DNA of 36,222 nt from Candidatus Thorarchaeota archaeon (lineage in GTDB: Archaea; Asgardarchaeota; Thorarchaeia; Thorarchaeales; Thorarchaeaceae): NCBI GenBank assembly GCA_003345545.1, contig PRDH01000038.1, positions 1 to 36,222 of the forward strand, written 5' to 3'. This document shows positions 27,549 to 36,222 of the stretch, piece after piece. The notes below the pieces were generated by a model that made no database searches, was not told the DNA's origin, and saw nothing but the letters and a program-made list of their open reading frames with translations. The position numbers were made by a program, and so were the translations under genes. Positions within the stretch are counted from its first letter, which is position 1; the number at the start of each line of letters is the position of its first letter.

Positions 27549-29960
27549 ATGAGTTCCATGAAGACAAAGGCTTTTGCTGATATGACTGTCGAACAGGCAT
27601 GTTCCCAGGTGGGTTCAGATTTAACTGGACTCTCACAGTCAGAGGCGGAGTCGCGGCTTCAGAAGTATGGGTACAATGAGATATCAGAGGACAGGAGAAG
27701 CCCCCTGATTGATCTGCTTTCTCGGTACTGGGGACCGATGCCATGGTTGCTCGAACTGACAATAATCCTCTCATTATTGCTGAACCATTTAATTGACGCT
27801 ATCGTAGTCTTTGTTCTCTTGACAATCAACGTTGTAGTGGGCTTCATCAACTCCGATCACTCACAGAAGGCGTTGGAGCTTCTGAAGAGCAAGCTCGCTA
27901 CTAAGGCCAGGGTGAAGCGAAATGGTTCATGGACTAGAGTCGACGCTCGTCAACTCGTCCTTGGTGATGTCATATACTTGAATCTGGGAGATGTTGTTCC
28001 TGCAGATGCCAAGGTGACTAAGGGAGAACTGCTTGTTGACCAGAGCTCTCTAACGGGCGAGTCGCTACCAGTTCATCTTCATGACTCAGATGTTATCTTC
28101 TCAGGGACTGTGGTGACTCAGGGGGAAGGAATGGGACTTGTTGTCAATACAGGAGAGGCTACGTATTTTGGCGCAACTGCAGGTCTCGTCAAGCTCGCCA
28201 AGCCCCAATCGCATCAGATGGATATCGTGATAGGCGTATCAAGGTACTTGCTTTACGCGAGTCTATCTGTATTGGCTGTAACTGCGCTGTATGTATGGCT
28301 TACTAGCGGCGACATGGTTCTGATTGTCACATTTGCAGTTCTCTTTCTCATGGGCTCTATTCCAGTCGCATTACCAGCAGTCACTGCTATTGTTGAGGCG
28401 AGAGGCGCAATGGAATTATCTCGAGAAGGGATTCTTGTGTCTAGGTTGGACTCCATAGAAGATGCTGCATCTATCGATGTCCTCTGTTTCGACAAGACAG
28501 GAACGCTTACTCAGAATCGCATCTCCGTAGTGGATGTCCTCCCTCAGCGTGGTCATGATACATTTGAGGTGGGGATGCTCGCGGCACTGGCATCAAGCGA
28601 GAACAGCAAGGACCTGATTGATTCTGCAATCATAGATTACGCCAAGACCAGGGCGATCGACTATTTCAGTTTCAAGCAGACAGTATTCACGCCATTCACA
28701 CCAAATACAAAGATTGCCGAGGCTATCGTTGAAAGGGGCGACTCACGTTTGAGAGTCATCAAGGGCGCTCCTAGAGAAGTCCTGTCCCGATGCAAGGACG
28801 ATCCGGATAAAGTACAAGGCGTGGAAGACCAGATTTCTCAGATAGCTACTCTGGGTTATAGGACATTGGCTGTTGCACGGTCTATTACGCATGAAAACTC
28901 AAACCTAAGCTACTGCGGGCTGATAGTCATGTCTGATCCGATACGACCAGAATCGAAGGAGATGATTGAACGAATCAGGTCTCTCGGAGTCAGACCATTA
29001 ATGCTCACCGGAGATAGTCTCAGCATCGCCAAGGAGGTGGCCATTCAGACTGGAATCGGTGAGAAGATTGGACTAGCATCAATGCTCAGAAAGGAAAGCC
29101 ACAATCTTCGCTTCGAAATCCTGGACTATGATGGATTTGCTGAAGTGTATCCTGAAGATAAGTATCTAATTGTGAAATCGCTCCAGTCTCAGGGCCACAT
29201 GCTTGGTATGACAGGCGACGGTGTTAACGATGCTCCCGCTCTGAAACAGGCCGAGATGGGCATTGCAGTGAAAGATGCTACTGATGTGTCAAAGGCTTCA
29301 GCAAGCGTTGTCCTCACTAGGGATGGCATCGATGTGATCACACAGGCTCTGATCACAAGCAGAAAGATATACCAACGAATGCTCAGCTGGGTCATCAACA
29401 AGATTGCCAAAGTGATCCAGTTCGTAGGACTGCTCTCATTGGGTTACTTCTGGCTTCACGGACTCGTTTTCCCAGTGATTGGAATGGTTCTACTAATCTT
29501 CTCAAATGATTTCGCCACCATGTCTCTTGCCACAGATAATGCTGCGGGGTCGACCAGTCCCAATCAATGGAACCTGAAGAATATCAGCATCCTAGGCGGC
29601 GTAGTTGGCCTTCTCTTGGTTGCCCAGGGTGCTCTCACAGTATATATTGGCATGACCGTGTTCGAGATGGATTTGAACCAGGTTGGAAGCCTTATTACAT
29701 TCACATTAATCTTCACGAGCCAGTTCAGGATATTGGTCGTTCGAGAGAGGCGGCGATTCTGGGCCTCTCGCCCCGGAAGAGAACTAATGCTCTCTGTAGT
29801 GGGAGTGCTCTTCAGTTTCTCAGTTCTGGCGTTCATTGGTGGTCTCTTGGCTCCTTTGACACTCGTCGAGATTGTTTTTGCAGTGCTATTCTCGGGAGCT
29901 TTCACTTTCATAGTTGTAGATCCTGTCAAGTTCTCTCTCGCAAAACGCTTCGGTCTGTAG
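27549..29960 (+). CDS. P-type H+-ATPase, P3A (plasma-membrane proton pump) subfamily
   Basis: WGPMPWLLE, DQSSLTGES, IPVALP, DKTGTLT, KGAP, MTGDGVNDAPALK, M6 NDFATMSLATD with the proton-acceptor Asp. Confidence 0.93.
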   Translation: MSSMKTKAFADMTVEQACSQVGSDLTGLSQSEAESRLQKYGYNEISEDRRSPLIDLLSRYWGPMPWLLELTIILSLLLNHLIDAIVVFVLLTINVVVGFINSDHSQKALELLKSKLATKARVKRNGSWTRVDARQLVLGDVIYLNLGDVVPADAKVTKGELLVDQSSLTGESLPVHLHDSDVIFSGTVVTQGEGMGLVVNTGEATYFGATAGLVKLAKPQSHQMDIVIGVSRYLLYASLSVLAVTALYVWLTSGDMVLIVTFAVLFLMGSIPVALPAVTAIVEARGAMELSREGILVSRLDSIEDAASIDVLCFDKTGTLTQNRISVVDVLPQRGHDTFEVGMLAALASSENSKDLIDSAIIDYAKTRAIDYFSFKQTVFTPFTPNTKIAEAIVERGDSRLRVIKGAPREVLSRCKDDPDKVQGVEDQISQIATLGYRTLAVARSITHENSNLSYCGLIVMSDPIRPESKEMIERIRSLGVRPLMLTGDSLSIAKEVAIQTGIGEKIGLASMLRKESHNLRFEILDYDGFAEVYPEDKYLIVKSLQSQGHMLGMTGDGVNDAPALKQAEMGIAVKDATDVSKASASVVLTRDGIDVITQALITSRKIYQRMLSWVINKIAKVIQFVGLLSLGYFWLHGLVFPVIGMVLLIFSNDFATMSLATDNAAGSTSPNQWNLKNISILGGVVGLLLVAQGALTVYIGMTVFEMDLNQVGSLITFTLIFTSQFRILVVRERRRFWASRPGRELMLSVVGVLFSFSVLAFIGGLLAPLTLVEIVFAVLFSGAFTFIVVDPVKFSLAKRFGL

Positions 29961-30142
29961 AGTGAAACGAAGCTACACTGGTATGGGGAATCCTATGGCA
30001 TCATCATTTGGGCAGCCCACATACGACATTTTCAAAAGAGCCAAGGCAGGCCAACCGAGATTTGAGCTCAGGACCGCCTCCTCTTTGTTCATCTGGAATC
30101 TGACATCTAGAGATAAAAGAGGAATTATCATGGATAATCGTA

Positions 30143-30832
30143 ATGTCTTCACGCGACTCATCCAGTTTTCATGATAAGAGAGGTGGAAAGTTCATCTATG
30201 TCAGTAGCTGTCTTCTCAATCAGAATCGCCGATTTCCAGGTATCGCAGTCAGTGAAGGTGCAATACCGGGTCTTTTTGAGGAAATCATGAGAAACGGAAT
30301 TGGTATTGAACAGCTTCCATGTCCAGAATGTCTCGGATGGGGAGGAATATCTCGTGACTCTGTCTTTAGATTCATTCCTATCTTTTATCGATATAGTGGT
30401 TCAAGATTGTACCCTCTGATTAAGGCCATGGGAAGAGTATGGTTGTACAAGTACAGAAGGCTGTGCAAGAGGAGAGCACATGAGATTGTCAGAGATATCA
30501 AGAGTGCCCGGTCAAGCGGGTATCGTATTCTCTCCATAATCGCTATGAATGACAGTCCTACATGTGGCGCGACCCGGAAATTGAGCATTCTGGATATGGT
30601 TGCCAATCTCAAAGAGAGAGGTCTGCGAGTCAAGGATATCGAGTGTCCGCAGTTTGACATGATGAGAAAGCACTTGCCGAATCTGCTGGTGGCAGGACAG
30701 GGGCATTTCATGAGTGAACTGATCAATGGGCTTAAGCAGAATGGCATAGTAATACCAGTCTTGGCGTACGACCCTTGGAGTGACCCTCAGAAAGAAACGG
30801 ATAGACTAACTGAAGCACTTCTGGAATTGTGA
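30143..30832 (+). CDS. DUF523/TudS-like (2-thiouracil desulfidase family) Fe-S protein
   Basis: VSSCLLNQN, QLPCPE...GG, DSPTCG, G.G.FM..L. Confidence 0.75.
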   Translation: MSSRDSSSFHDKRGGKFIYVSSCLLNQNRRFPGIAVSEGAIPGLFEEIMRNGIGIEQLPCPECLGWGGISRDSVFRFIPIFYRYSGSRLYPLIKAMGRVWLYKYRRLCKRRAHEIVRDIKSARSSGYRILSIIAMNDSPTCGATRKLSILDMVANLKERGLRVKDIECPQFDMMRKHLPNLLVAGQGHFMSELINGLKQNGIVIPVLAYDPWSDPQKETDRLTEALLEL

Positions 30833-30837
30833 AGAGT

Positions 30838-30865
30838 GAAGGAGTGGTGGACCGGGCGTGATTTG
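30838..30865 (-). repeat. 28-bp copy of the tRNA-Ala 3' end (att-like), distal copy
   Basis: GAAGGAGTGGTGGACCGGGCGTGATTTG, identical to 32230..32257 and 24/28 to 33416..33443. Confidence 0.9.
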
Positions 30866-30971
30866 GCATATGAGCTCTCTTGGCCCTCATCTGAGTTTGA
30901 TTTCAATAGTCATGCTTGTTAGAATATCCTAGTTCCCTGAAGGGAATCTTGTTCTCCGCTAGCTCGGAATA

Positions 30972-32099
30972 TCACTCTCCCTCAAACTGAACGCATTCTA
31001 CCTTTCCTCTAAGCCCTGCTACAAGGCAACGGTTACAAGAAATGCATCGAGCTGGTTCCTGTTTACTGATCTTCGCTTCTTCAGTCCAACGCTGCAAAAG
31101 CGCGGGTTCACTAATCAACGGGCGACTAAGCTGAATCACATCGAAAGCAGCCTTTGGATTTCCGTTCCCTGTCAGTAGCTCAACAACAGTTTCCGGCGAC
31201 CGGATTCCACCTACCAATCCGAACAAGAGACCACTGTCATGAGCTATCGAACGGATAATCGTTGCGTCATCCAAGAAATAAGCCTCACCTACATCCTTCG
31301 GATTCTGACTTGGGTTGGGCCCACTGAATATGACGCAATATGCTCCCGCTTCAGCGAGCCTCTTCGTCAACTCACCTACTTCCTCAGGTCCGACCATTTT
31401 CGAGCTTGAGTCCACCTTCACCTGAATGGGAATATCAACCGCATTCTTCACAGCTCTCACAGCATCCACCATCGCCTTACAACGTCCTTCGATTGTTGCT
31501 CCGGTATATGGGTCATCCACTGGGCGTCTATTGAACGATGGGTCAAAGAATTGCCAAAGCCCATAGTTGTGAGCTCCATGTAGTTCAATCACATCAAATC
31601 CGGCTTTAACTGCACGTTTGGCTGCGTCAGCATACGCCTGAGTGACTCTCTCTACATGGTCCACTGTCATAGCCTTGACTCGAACAACATCCCCCCTAGG
31701 TTGAGGGACCTCCATATCACTGGGTCCAAATGCTATATCGTTGCCAGTGTATTTTGGCAAGCTCCTGCTCCCGCAATGAACCAATTGAGCTGCTGCCAGA
31801 CCACCTGAAGCATGAATCGCCCCAGCAAGGCGTTTCAGGCCTTCAACATCGCTTGCCTTTGAATTAGAGATCATGCGCTTAATCGTCTGTCCTTCATACA
31901 TTACATATTGAAAACCGGTTACCACGACGCCTGCTCTGATCTTGCCATAAGTTTCGATGATGGCCTCCCCGCATATTCCATTCTCTTCCGCCTGACTCAT
32001 CCAGGTAGCGGCCCGCATGATTCGGCTTGATGCAATCATGCCATTTGGCAATTCGAGTTTCTGGAACACAACACGCTCCCAAGTTTCTTGGTCTACCAT
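30972..32099 (-). CDS. NADH:flavin oxidoreductase / old yellow enzyme family with C-terminal Cys cluster
   Basis: RIMRAAT, QLVHCG, RAVKAGFDVIELHGAHNY, VGGIRS, SRPLISEP, CISCNRC...C. Confidence 0.9.
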   Translation of the reverse strand: MVDQETWERVVFQKLELPNGMIASSRIMRAATWMSQAEENGICGEAIIETYGKIRAGVVVTGFQYVMYEGQTIKRMISNSKASDVEGLKRLAGAIHASGGLAAAQLVHCGSRSLPKYTGNDIAFGPSDMEVPQPRGDVVRVKAMTVDHVERVTQAYADAAKRAVKAGFDVIELHGAHNYGLWQFFDPSFNRRPVDDPYTGATIEGRCKAMVDAVRAVKNAVDIPIQVKVDSSSKMVGPEEVGELTKRLAEAGAYCVIFSGPNPSQNPKDVGEAYFLDDATIIRSIAHDSGLLFGLVGGIRSPETVVELLTGNGNPKAAFDVIQLSRPLISEPALLQRWTEEAKISKQEPARCISCNRCLVAGLRGKVECVQFEGE

Positions 32100-32229
32100 C
32101 GAATCAGCTCACATTTTCTAATCCCTCGTGCTCGAAACACAGACTTTTCCACTTTCTTTCATTCGAGTATGAAGGAGCTTCTGATAGAATGATATTCGAT
32201 TAGCATATAGGCTTGGTGTGATGACACGA

Positions 32230-32257
32230 GAAGGAGTGGTGGACCGGGCGTGATTTG
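32230..32257 (-). repeat. 28-bp copy of the tRNA-Ala 3' end (att-like), proximal copy
   Basis: GAAGGAGTGGTGGACCGGGCGTGATTTG, identical to 30838..30865. Confidence 0.9.
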
Positions 32258-32372
32258 ACCCTGTTGTCTTATTCGTGCCCAACGCCTCTTGCAGATTAGA
32301 GTGCAGGCGGGAGATAGATCGAGTTTGATTCTTTTCCGTACATCCAAGAGTAACTATCTAATAATCATGGAA

Positions 32373-33350
32373 TCATTTATGCACTACTCGAAATCCAACC
32401 ACCAGCAGAACTACGACGATGGCTGATAGTGATCCTATCAAGATGATTGCCAACACGACATCGCCGTTATTCTGAGATGATTGGCTATGATTAGGATACG
32501 GATCAGTATTGTCTGCAGGTCCATCAATTGCATATGATCCCAATCCGGAGTAGTCGCTCCACCAGTTGCCAGTATTGGTATTCATGTCGTACCAGTGATT
32601 ATTATCGCCCTCATCATATCCTTGACTGGTCAGGGTGCCAGTTCGCTCATTATCAATAACGTATTCGTCAACATTCCCATTATCGATGAAAGTGTTGTCG
32701 TAGGCTACGTTGTTACTTGAAGTCCCTACAAATACAAGCCCATGTTGAGTGCTATTGGTTATTCGATTGCTGGTAATGATGTTATTATTAGAATAGCGAA
32801 TGTTGATTCCCTGATAGGTGGAATCTGAGATGTTGTTTCCTGAGATTAGACACTGAGATGCTTCATTGAGATGGATGCCCTGAGCCCAGTTCTCACATCT
32901 ATTCTCTAAAACTGTTAAGTTGTCAGTTCCAATGACAATTCCCCCGCCACCTCCCGAACTGGAGATACATGTGTTATTGATTATGGATCCTGTTCCAACA
33001 GCAATGTCAGCTACAAGAATTCCGATATACCTTGACATTATGTGGCAATCACGAATGATGAAGTATGCACTAGTATCTCTAATCGAAATTGCGTTACCAC
33101 GGAGGATACTCGACGTGACATTCAATTGTTCAAGAATGAAGGGATTTCCCTTACTTCCATTTCCAGCAAAACCACCGTCTATGAAGTCTTGATCAGATTC
33201 AATACTGATCGGTTCGTGTAGAATATAGTACTCCGAACTCGGTGTGGAGAGAGCGACAGCTATGGTTGAGGAATTCATTTCGACAGGGATTTGTAAACCC
33301 CAGAAGCAGAGAATCCCAACTAGAAGATAACTGGCCCATCGCAAGTTCAT
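32373..33350 (-). CDS. Cell-surface right-handed beta-helix (NosD/CASH-like) protein with signal peptide and C-terminal TM anchor
   Basis: HEPISI.SD.DF...G.G....PFILE, repeated GI.L..S.N..I..N.I.N, GNWWSDYSG, D.YP, terminal TM helix. Confidence 0.88.
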   Translation of the reverse strand: MNLRWASYLLVGILCFWGLQIPVEMNSSTIAVALSTPSSEYYILHEPISIESDQDFIDGGFAGNGSKGNPFILEQLNVTSSILRGNAISIRDTSAYFIIRDCHIMSRYIGILVADIAVGTGSIINNTCISSSGGGGGIVIGTDNLTVLENRCENWAQGIHLNEASQCLISGNNISDSTYQGINIRYSNNNIITSNRITNSTQHGLVFVGTSSNNVAYDNTFIDNGNVDEYVIDNERTGTLTSQGYDEGDNNHWYDMNTNTGNWWSDYSGLGSYAIDGPADNTDPYPNHSQSSQNNGDVVLAIILIGSLSAIVVVLLVVGFRVVHK

Positions 33351-33422
33351 GGTTCCTCTCCCAAAGGGTCGAATGATTCTATTATTTATTTAAGGTATGA
33401 TTTACGCAATGGTTCCAAGAAG

Positions 33423-33562
33423 TGGTGGACCGGGCGAAATTTGAACTCGCGCCCCGTGAAAACTAGATTCACAGAGTTTCGCGACCTCTTCCATGCCAAG
33501 GAAGCGATCTTTGCCGGCCGCTGCGACAGTTCGCAGCGACTACCGGGCTAATCTACCGGCCC
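33423..33562 (-). tRNA. tRNA-Ala(GGC) with two non-canonical introns: 29 nt in the D loop (33512..33540) and 32 nt at 53/54 (33446..33477); CCA encoded
   Basis: Acceptor GGGCCGG/CCGGTCC gives G3:U70; CTTCC-TTGGCAT-GGAAG anticodon arm; both introns form 9-bp hairpins plus 4-bp central helices (CCGG/CCGG and CGCG/CGCG) with 3-nt bulges; TTTTAA box ~27 nt upstream. Confidence 0.92.
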
Positions 33563-33788
33563 ACAGTCCGTTATGCTGGATGAAGTGGTTAAAAGAATTG
33601 TGGAGCGTTGACAGGATATTCACTTAGAAAACCAAACTTAATCCATTGGGTGTTCCCGGTCTATGAGTACTTTCGCAAGACCGCTACTTTGAAGGGACAA
33701 GAGACTACAAGATTTGCATCAAAATGAGAAAGAGTGAGGCTCTAACCTAGGTCAGAGCCCGCATTGTGAATCCATGCACGGCAACATC

Positions 33789-33992
33789 TTAGTTACTGTT
33801 CCGTTTTGCGATTCTATCTCTGCTGTACGAACACGCTATTACACCTACGAGTACGAAGACCAAGATTCCGAGTACGGCGACCCAAATCAGGTCAATCGTG
33901 TAGGTGCTGTAGTACGTACATGCTACTCCACCTATGGCCACGAAAATCAAGATCCCGAGTACTACGACCAGAAGTTTCTCCTTCAGATTCAT
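33789..33992 (-). CDS. Small membrane protein made of two 29-aa repeats
   Basis: LVVVLGILIFVAIGGVACTY / WVAVLGILVFVLVGVIACSY; 87-bp period at DNA level; GGAGGTGA RBS. Confidence 0.7.
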   Translation of the reverse strand: MNLKEKLLVVVLGILIFVAIGGVACTYYSTYTIDLIWVAVLGILVFVLVGVIACSYSRDRIAKRNSN

Positions 33993-34255
33993 TCAGACTC
34001 ACCTCCCGCACATTTCTTGACTGCATCTACGACTGTGATTTCGCTCATCCTCAGGTTTACCCTCAGGACGCCGCAATTGCCCTTCACTTCAAGTATCTCA
34101 GGTTCGACAAATGAAGCACGTTGCAGTCTTCCAAGCGTTCCTTCGATCAAGACGCCGCCATTCGCGCCGTTTGAGGAACTTAAGAACCGGTGCTCGCTAG
34201 AATTGAGTTCAATTGAGAAGTCGCGTTCACCGTTTTCATTTTCCCGGGAATTCAT
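33989..34255 (-). CDS. Hypothetical protein
   Basis: 88-aa ORF with GAGGGG RBS-like sequence; ATGA overlap with the next gene. Confidence 0.65.
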   Translation of the reverse strand: MNSRENENGERDFSIELNSSEHRFLSSSNGANGGVLIEGTLGRLQRASFVEPEILEVKGNCGVLRVNLRMSEITVVDAVKKCAGGESE

Positions 34256-34349
34256 CTTTTGCCCCTCGTGACCGTCAATCGCGGGTATTTGTGATAAGTT
34301 TTAATTGACGTGGATACGAAACGTTTTGTAAGGATGCGAAAACACTACT

Positions 34350-35123
34350 ATGTCAAGCAAGGAAGAAGACGGGGACATCTCGAAGGTTCTTTTTGAGCTT
34401 GCCAGCAACCGAAGAGCGAGCATTCTTTTTGAAGTGCAAAAGCAGAGTCTCAAGATGCAGCAAATAGCAAAATCTCTTGAAATGAATGTCACCGAAACTT
34501 TCAGGCACTTACAAAGACTTTGTGATGCGAAACTTGTAGAGAAGAGAATTGACAGTACCTATGCAGTGACCTCTCTGGGCAGCCTCGCGATTGGCCATCT
34601 CTCAAGTTTGAATTTCATTTTGAAAAACGGGAATTATTTCCTAGAACATGATCTTTCTTGTCTGCCTTATGAGTTTGTCAATAGGCTTGGTGAGTTATCA
34701 AATGGAGAGTTTTGTGGTGACACTGTAACTCATTTTAATCGAGTCAGAAACATGGTATATGAAGCAGAGGAGTACATCTGGGCTATGTCTGAGCAAGTTG
34801 AATCGAGTCATATTCAAGCAACAAACGAGAAAGTATCTAGAGGGCTCAAATTCAGATTCATTATGCAACAGGACCTTGCTAAAACAGTCAAAATTGCTCC
34901 AGAAGTCGAGCACTTGAAAGAAAGAAAGTATCTCGAACGAATCTGTGTCACGTTCTTGATCAATGAAAAAGAATCAGTTGTTAATCTTCGCAGACGTAAC
35001 GGAGAAATGGATTACATTGGCTTTTTTGGAAAAGATGAGACATTCCACAAATGGACCCGAGACCTCTTCATGTATTACTGGGAAAGAGCTGAACGATGGT
35101 ATCCAAGCATCCAGAAACCATAG
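34350..35123 (+). CDS. Winged-helix (ArsR-like) transcriptional regulator with DUF1724-like C-terminal domain
   Basis: LFELASNRR..IL, ETFRHLQRL....LVEK....Y.VT.LG, YF..HDLS.LP..F..RLGEL, W..DLF.YYWE. Confidence 0.85.
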   Translation: MSSKEEDGDISKVLFELASNRRASILFEVQKQSLKMQQIAKSLEMNVTETFRHLQRLCDAKLVEKRIDSTYAVTSLGSLAIGHLSSLNFILKNGNYFLEHDLSCLPYEFVNRLGELSNGEFCGDTVTHFNRVRNMVYEAEEYIWAMSEQVESSHIQATNEKVSRGLKFRFIMQQDLAKTVKIAPEVEHLKERKYLERICVTFLINEKESVVNLRRRNGEMDYIGFFGKDETFHKWTRDLFMYYWERAERWYPSIQKP

Positions 35124-35150
35124 AAGGCAAATAGGAAGCTGTCAGCGCCA

Positions 35151-35723
35151 ATGGAAGATTGTCCTAGCATCGCATCATCACCTGTCCAAACGATACACTT
35201 AGACGAGTTACCGAAAGACGGGCGCATCCTTGACATAGGCGGCGGCGGTGAGGGCTTGGTATCCCGGATTGGTGGGAGGCGCGTCTGTGCCGTTGACTAC
35301 AGAATGAGTGAGATTCTTGAGGCCAAGATACATGATCCGCCTGCGAACTGGTTCGTTGCAGATGCCAGGAGTCTGCCCTTTCGAAACCGTTCTTTTGACA
35401 TGGTGACACTATGGTTCTCTCTGGAGTACGTGGCTGACCGGCATACCAAAGAACGCATCCTGGCGCAGTCATTTTCAGTCCTCAAGACAGGCGGCGATTT
35501 GTCCATCTATGCCGGCCGAATTGACTGCAGGGAGGACTGCTTCATATTCAATGCTCTGTTCATCCTGCCTGATGGAGCAGTCTCAAAGGTCGGATATGGA
35601 GTGCGGGGGAATCAAGGACAGACGATAGATCGCGTGTGCCCACTACTGAGGAGGGTGGGCTATGATGACCTTCAGATTGAAGACAACGATTGGTGGTTCA
35701 AGATTCACGCACACAAGGCGTAG
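35151..35723 (+). CDS. Class I SAM-dependent methyltransferase
   Basis: ILDIGGGGEG, ADARSLPFRNRSFD.V, VLKTGG. Confidence 0.88.
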   Translation: MEDCPSIASSPVQTIHLDELPKDGRILDIGGGGEGLVSRIGGRRVCAVDYRMSEILEAKIHDPPANWFVADARSLPFRNRSFDMVTLWFSLEYVADRHTKERILAQSFSVLKTGGDLSIYAGRIDCREDCFIFNALFILPDGAVSKVGYGVRGNQGQTIDRVCPLLRRVGYDDLQIEDNDWWFKIHAHKA

Positions 35724-35798
35724 CAATATTCACTTGTTCCAAAACCTTAAAGTGCAGACCGATGTCCGCTCTGGCATTCACACACCTGGTGAGAAGCA

Positions 35799-36222
35799 AT
35801 GAGCCTAGCAGTCTGGTGGAGACGTGGCAGTAAGCCCGGACTCATAATCATATTTCTGGCAATAGCCGGTTTCGTACAGATTCCGATTCTATGGCATGCT
35901 CAAGTCTATGTGAACGTTCTGAGTGCAGAGTTGCAGATCATGGTCTCACTGGGAGCGATGGCTGTTCTTGGGGGAGGATATGTTCTCATGGCAGAGGCAA
36001 TGTACCGCTGGGCACATATCGTATCCAAGAGAAGGCAACGACGGCGTCAGAGAGCACAGTTCTCGTGGATTGGTAAGCTCTCAGCATTCGCACGTTCCTG
36101 GTCAGATATGCCAGCGTTTGTTGGGGTTGGCCTGCTGACCTGTCTGTTCTTCCTATTCTATTTCATCCCGTTTGGCGTGGCAGACTTGGGTAGTCTTCCA
36201 TCATGGATTGCAACGGCAGCTT
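35799..36222 (+). CDS. Membrane protein, 3'-truncated by the window edge
   Basis: Not in the ORF track. Open frame MSLAVWWRRGSKPGLIIIFLAIAGFVQIPILW...VGVGLLTCLFFLFYFIPFG to the end of the window; AAAACCTTAAA promoter-like box at 35741. Confidence 0.75.
   Translation, partial: MSLAVWWRRGSKPGLIIIFLAIAGFVQIPILWHAQVYVNVLSAELQIMVSLGAMAVLGGGYVLMAEAMYRWAHIVSKRRQRRRQRAQFSWIGKLSAFARSWSDMPAFVGVGLLTCLFFLFYFIPFGVADLGSLPSWIATAA

Noticed and set aside
30838-33443. CRISPR array interpretation of the 28-bp repeats
   Set aside because: The intervals are >1 kb and gene-containing, the repeat is a tRNA 3' end, and no cas genes are present
33774-34271. 165-aa plus-strand ORF with YEDQDSEY/HENQDPEY repeats
   Set aside because: Antisense shadow of the duplicated membrane microprotein and its coupled neighbour, which have RBS-like sequences and an ATGA overlap
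35833-35870. CCGGACTCATAATC...CCGG resembling a tRNA-Met anticodon arm with intron
   Set aside because: No acceptor, D or T arm; it lies within an uninterrupted membrane-protein reading frame starting at 35799

Overview
Archaeal chromosomal window. It is probably from an Asgard archaeon (Thorarchaeia-like), inferred from eL38, the gene content and BHB-intron tRNAs, not from a database match. The core (~6.1-24.2 kb) is a conserved translation/RNA-processing/proteasome block: eL38, a beta-CASP nuclease, Alba, a NusA-like KH protein, TruD, Pth2, geranylgeranyl reductase, Pus10, eL21, Rpo4, DUF655, KsgA, a HemK-family MTase, an FKBP PPIase, PsmB, aCPSF1/FttA, SepF, a wHTH-fused degenerate Ski2-like helicase, a PUA protein, Sm and eL37. 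Accessory regions lie on both sides, each downstream of an intron-containing tRNA: tRNA-Val(CAC) with one D-arm intron and tRNA-Ala(GGC) with two non-canonical introns. The most unusual signals are four orphan tRNA 3'-end fragments that all begin at the T-loop. Two are identical 28-bp copies of the tRNA-Ala 3' end that divide the downstream DNA into single-gene, cassette-like units with no integrase in view. The other two lie next to tRNA-Val on the opposite strand, each behind an AGTTATAA box. The window also holds a tandem/decayed Zn-ribbon membrane-protein family bracketing a 4.5-kb block and several readable operator motifs.
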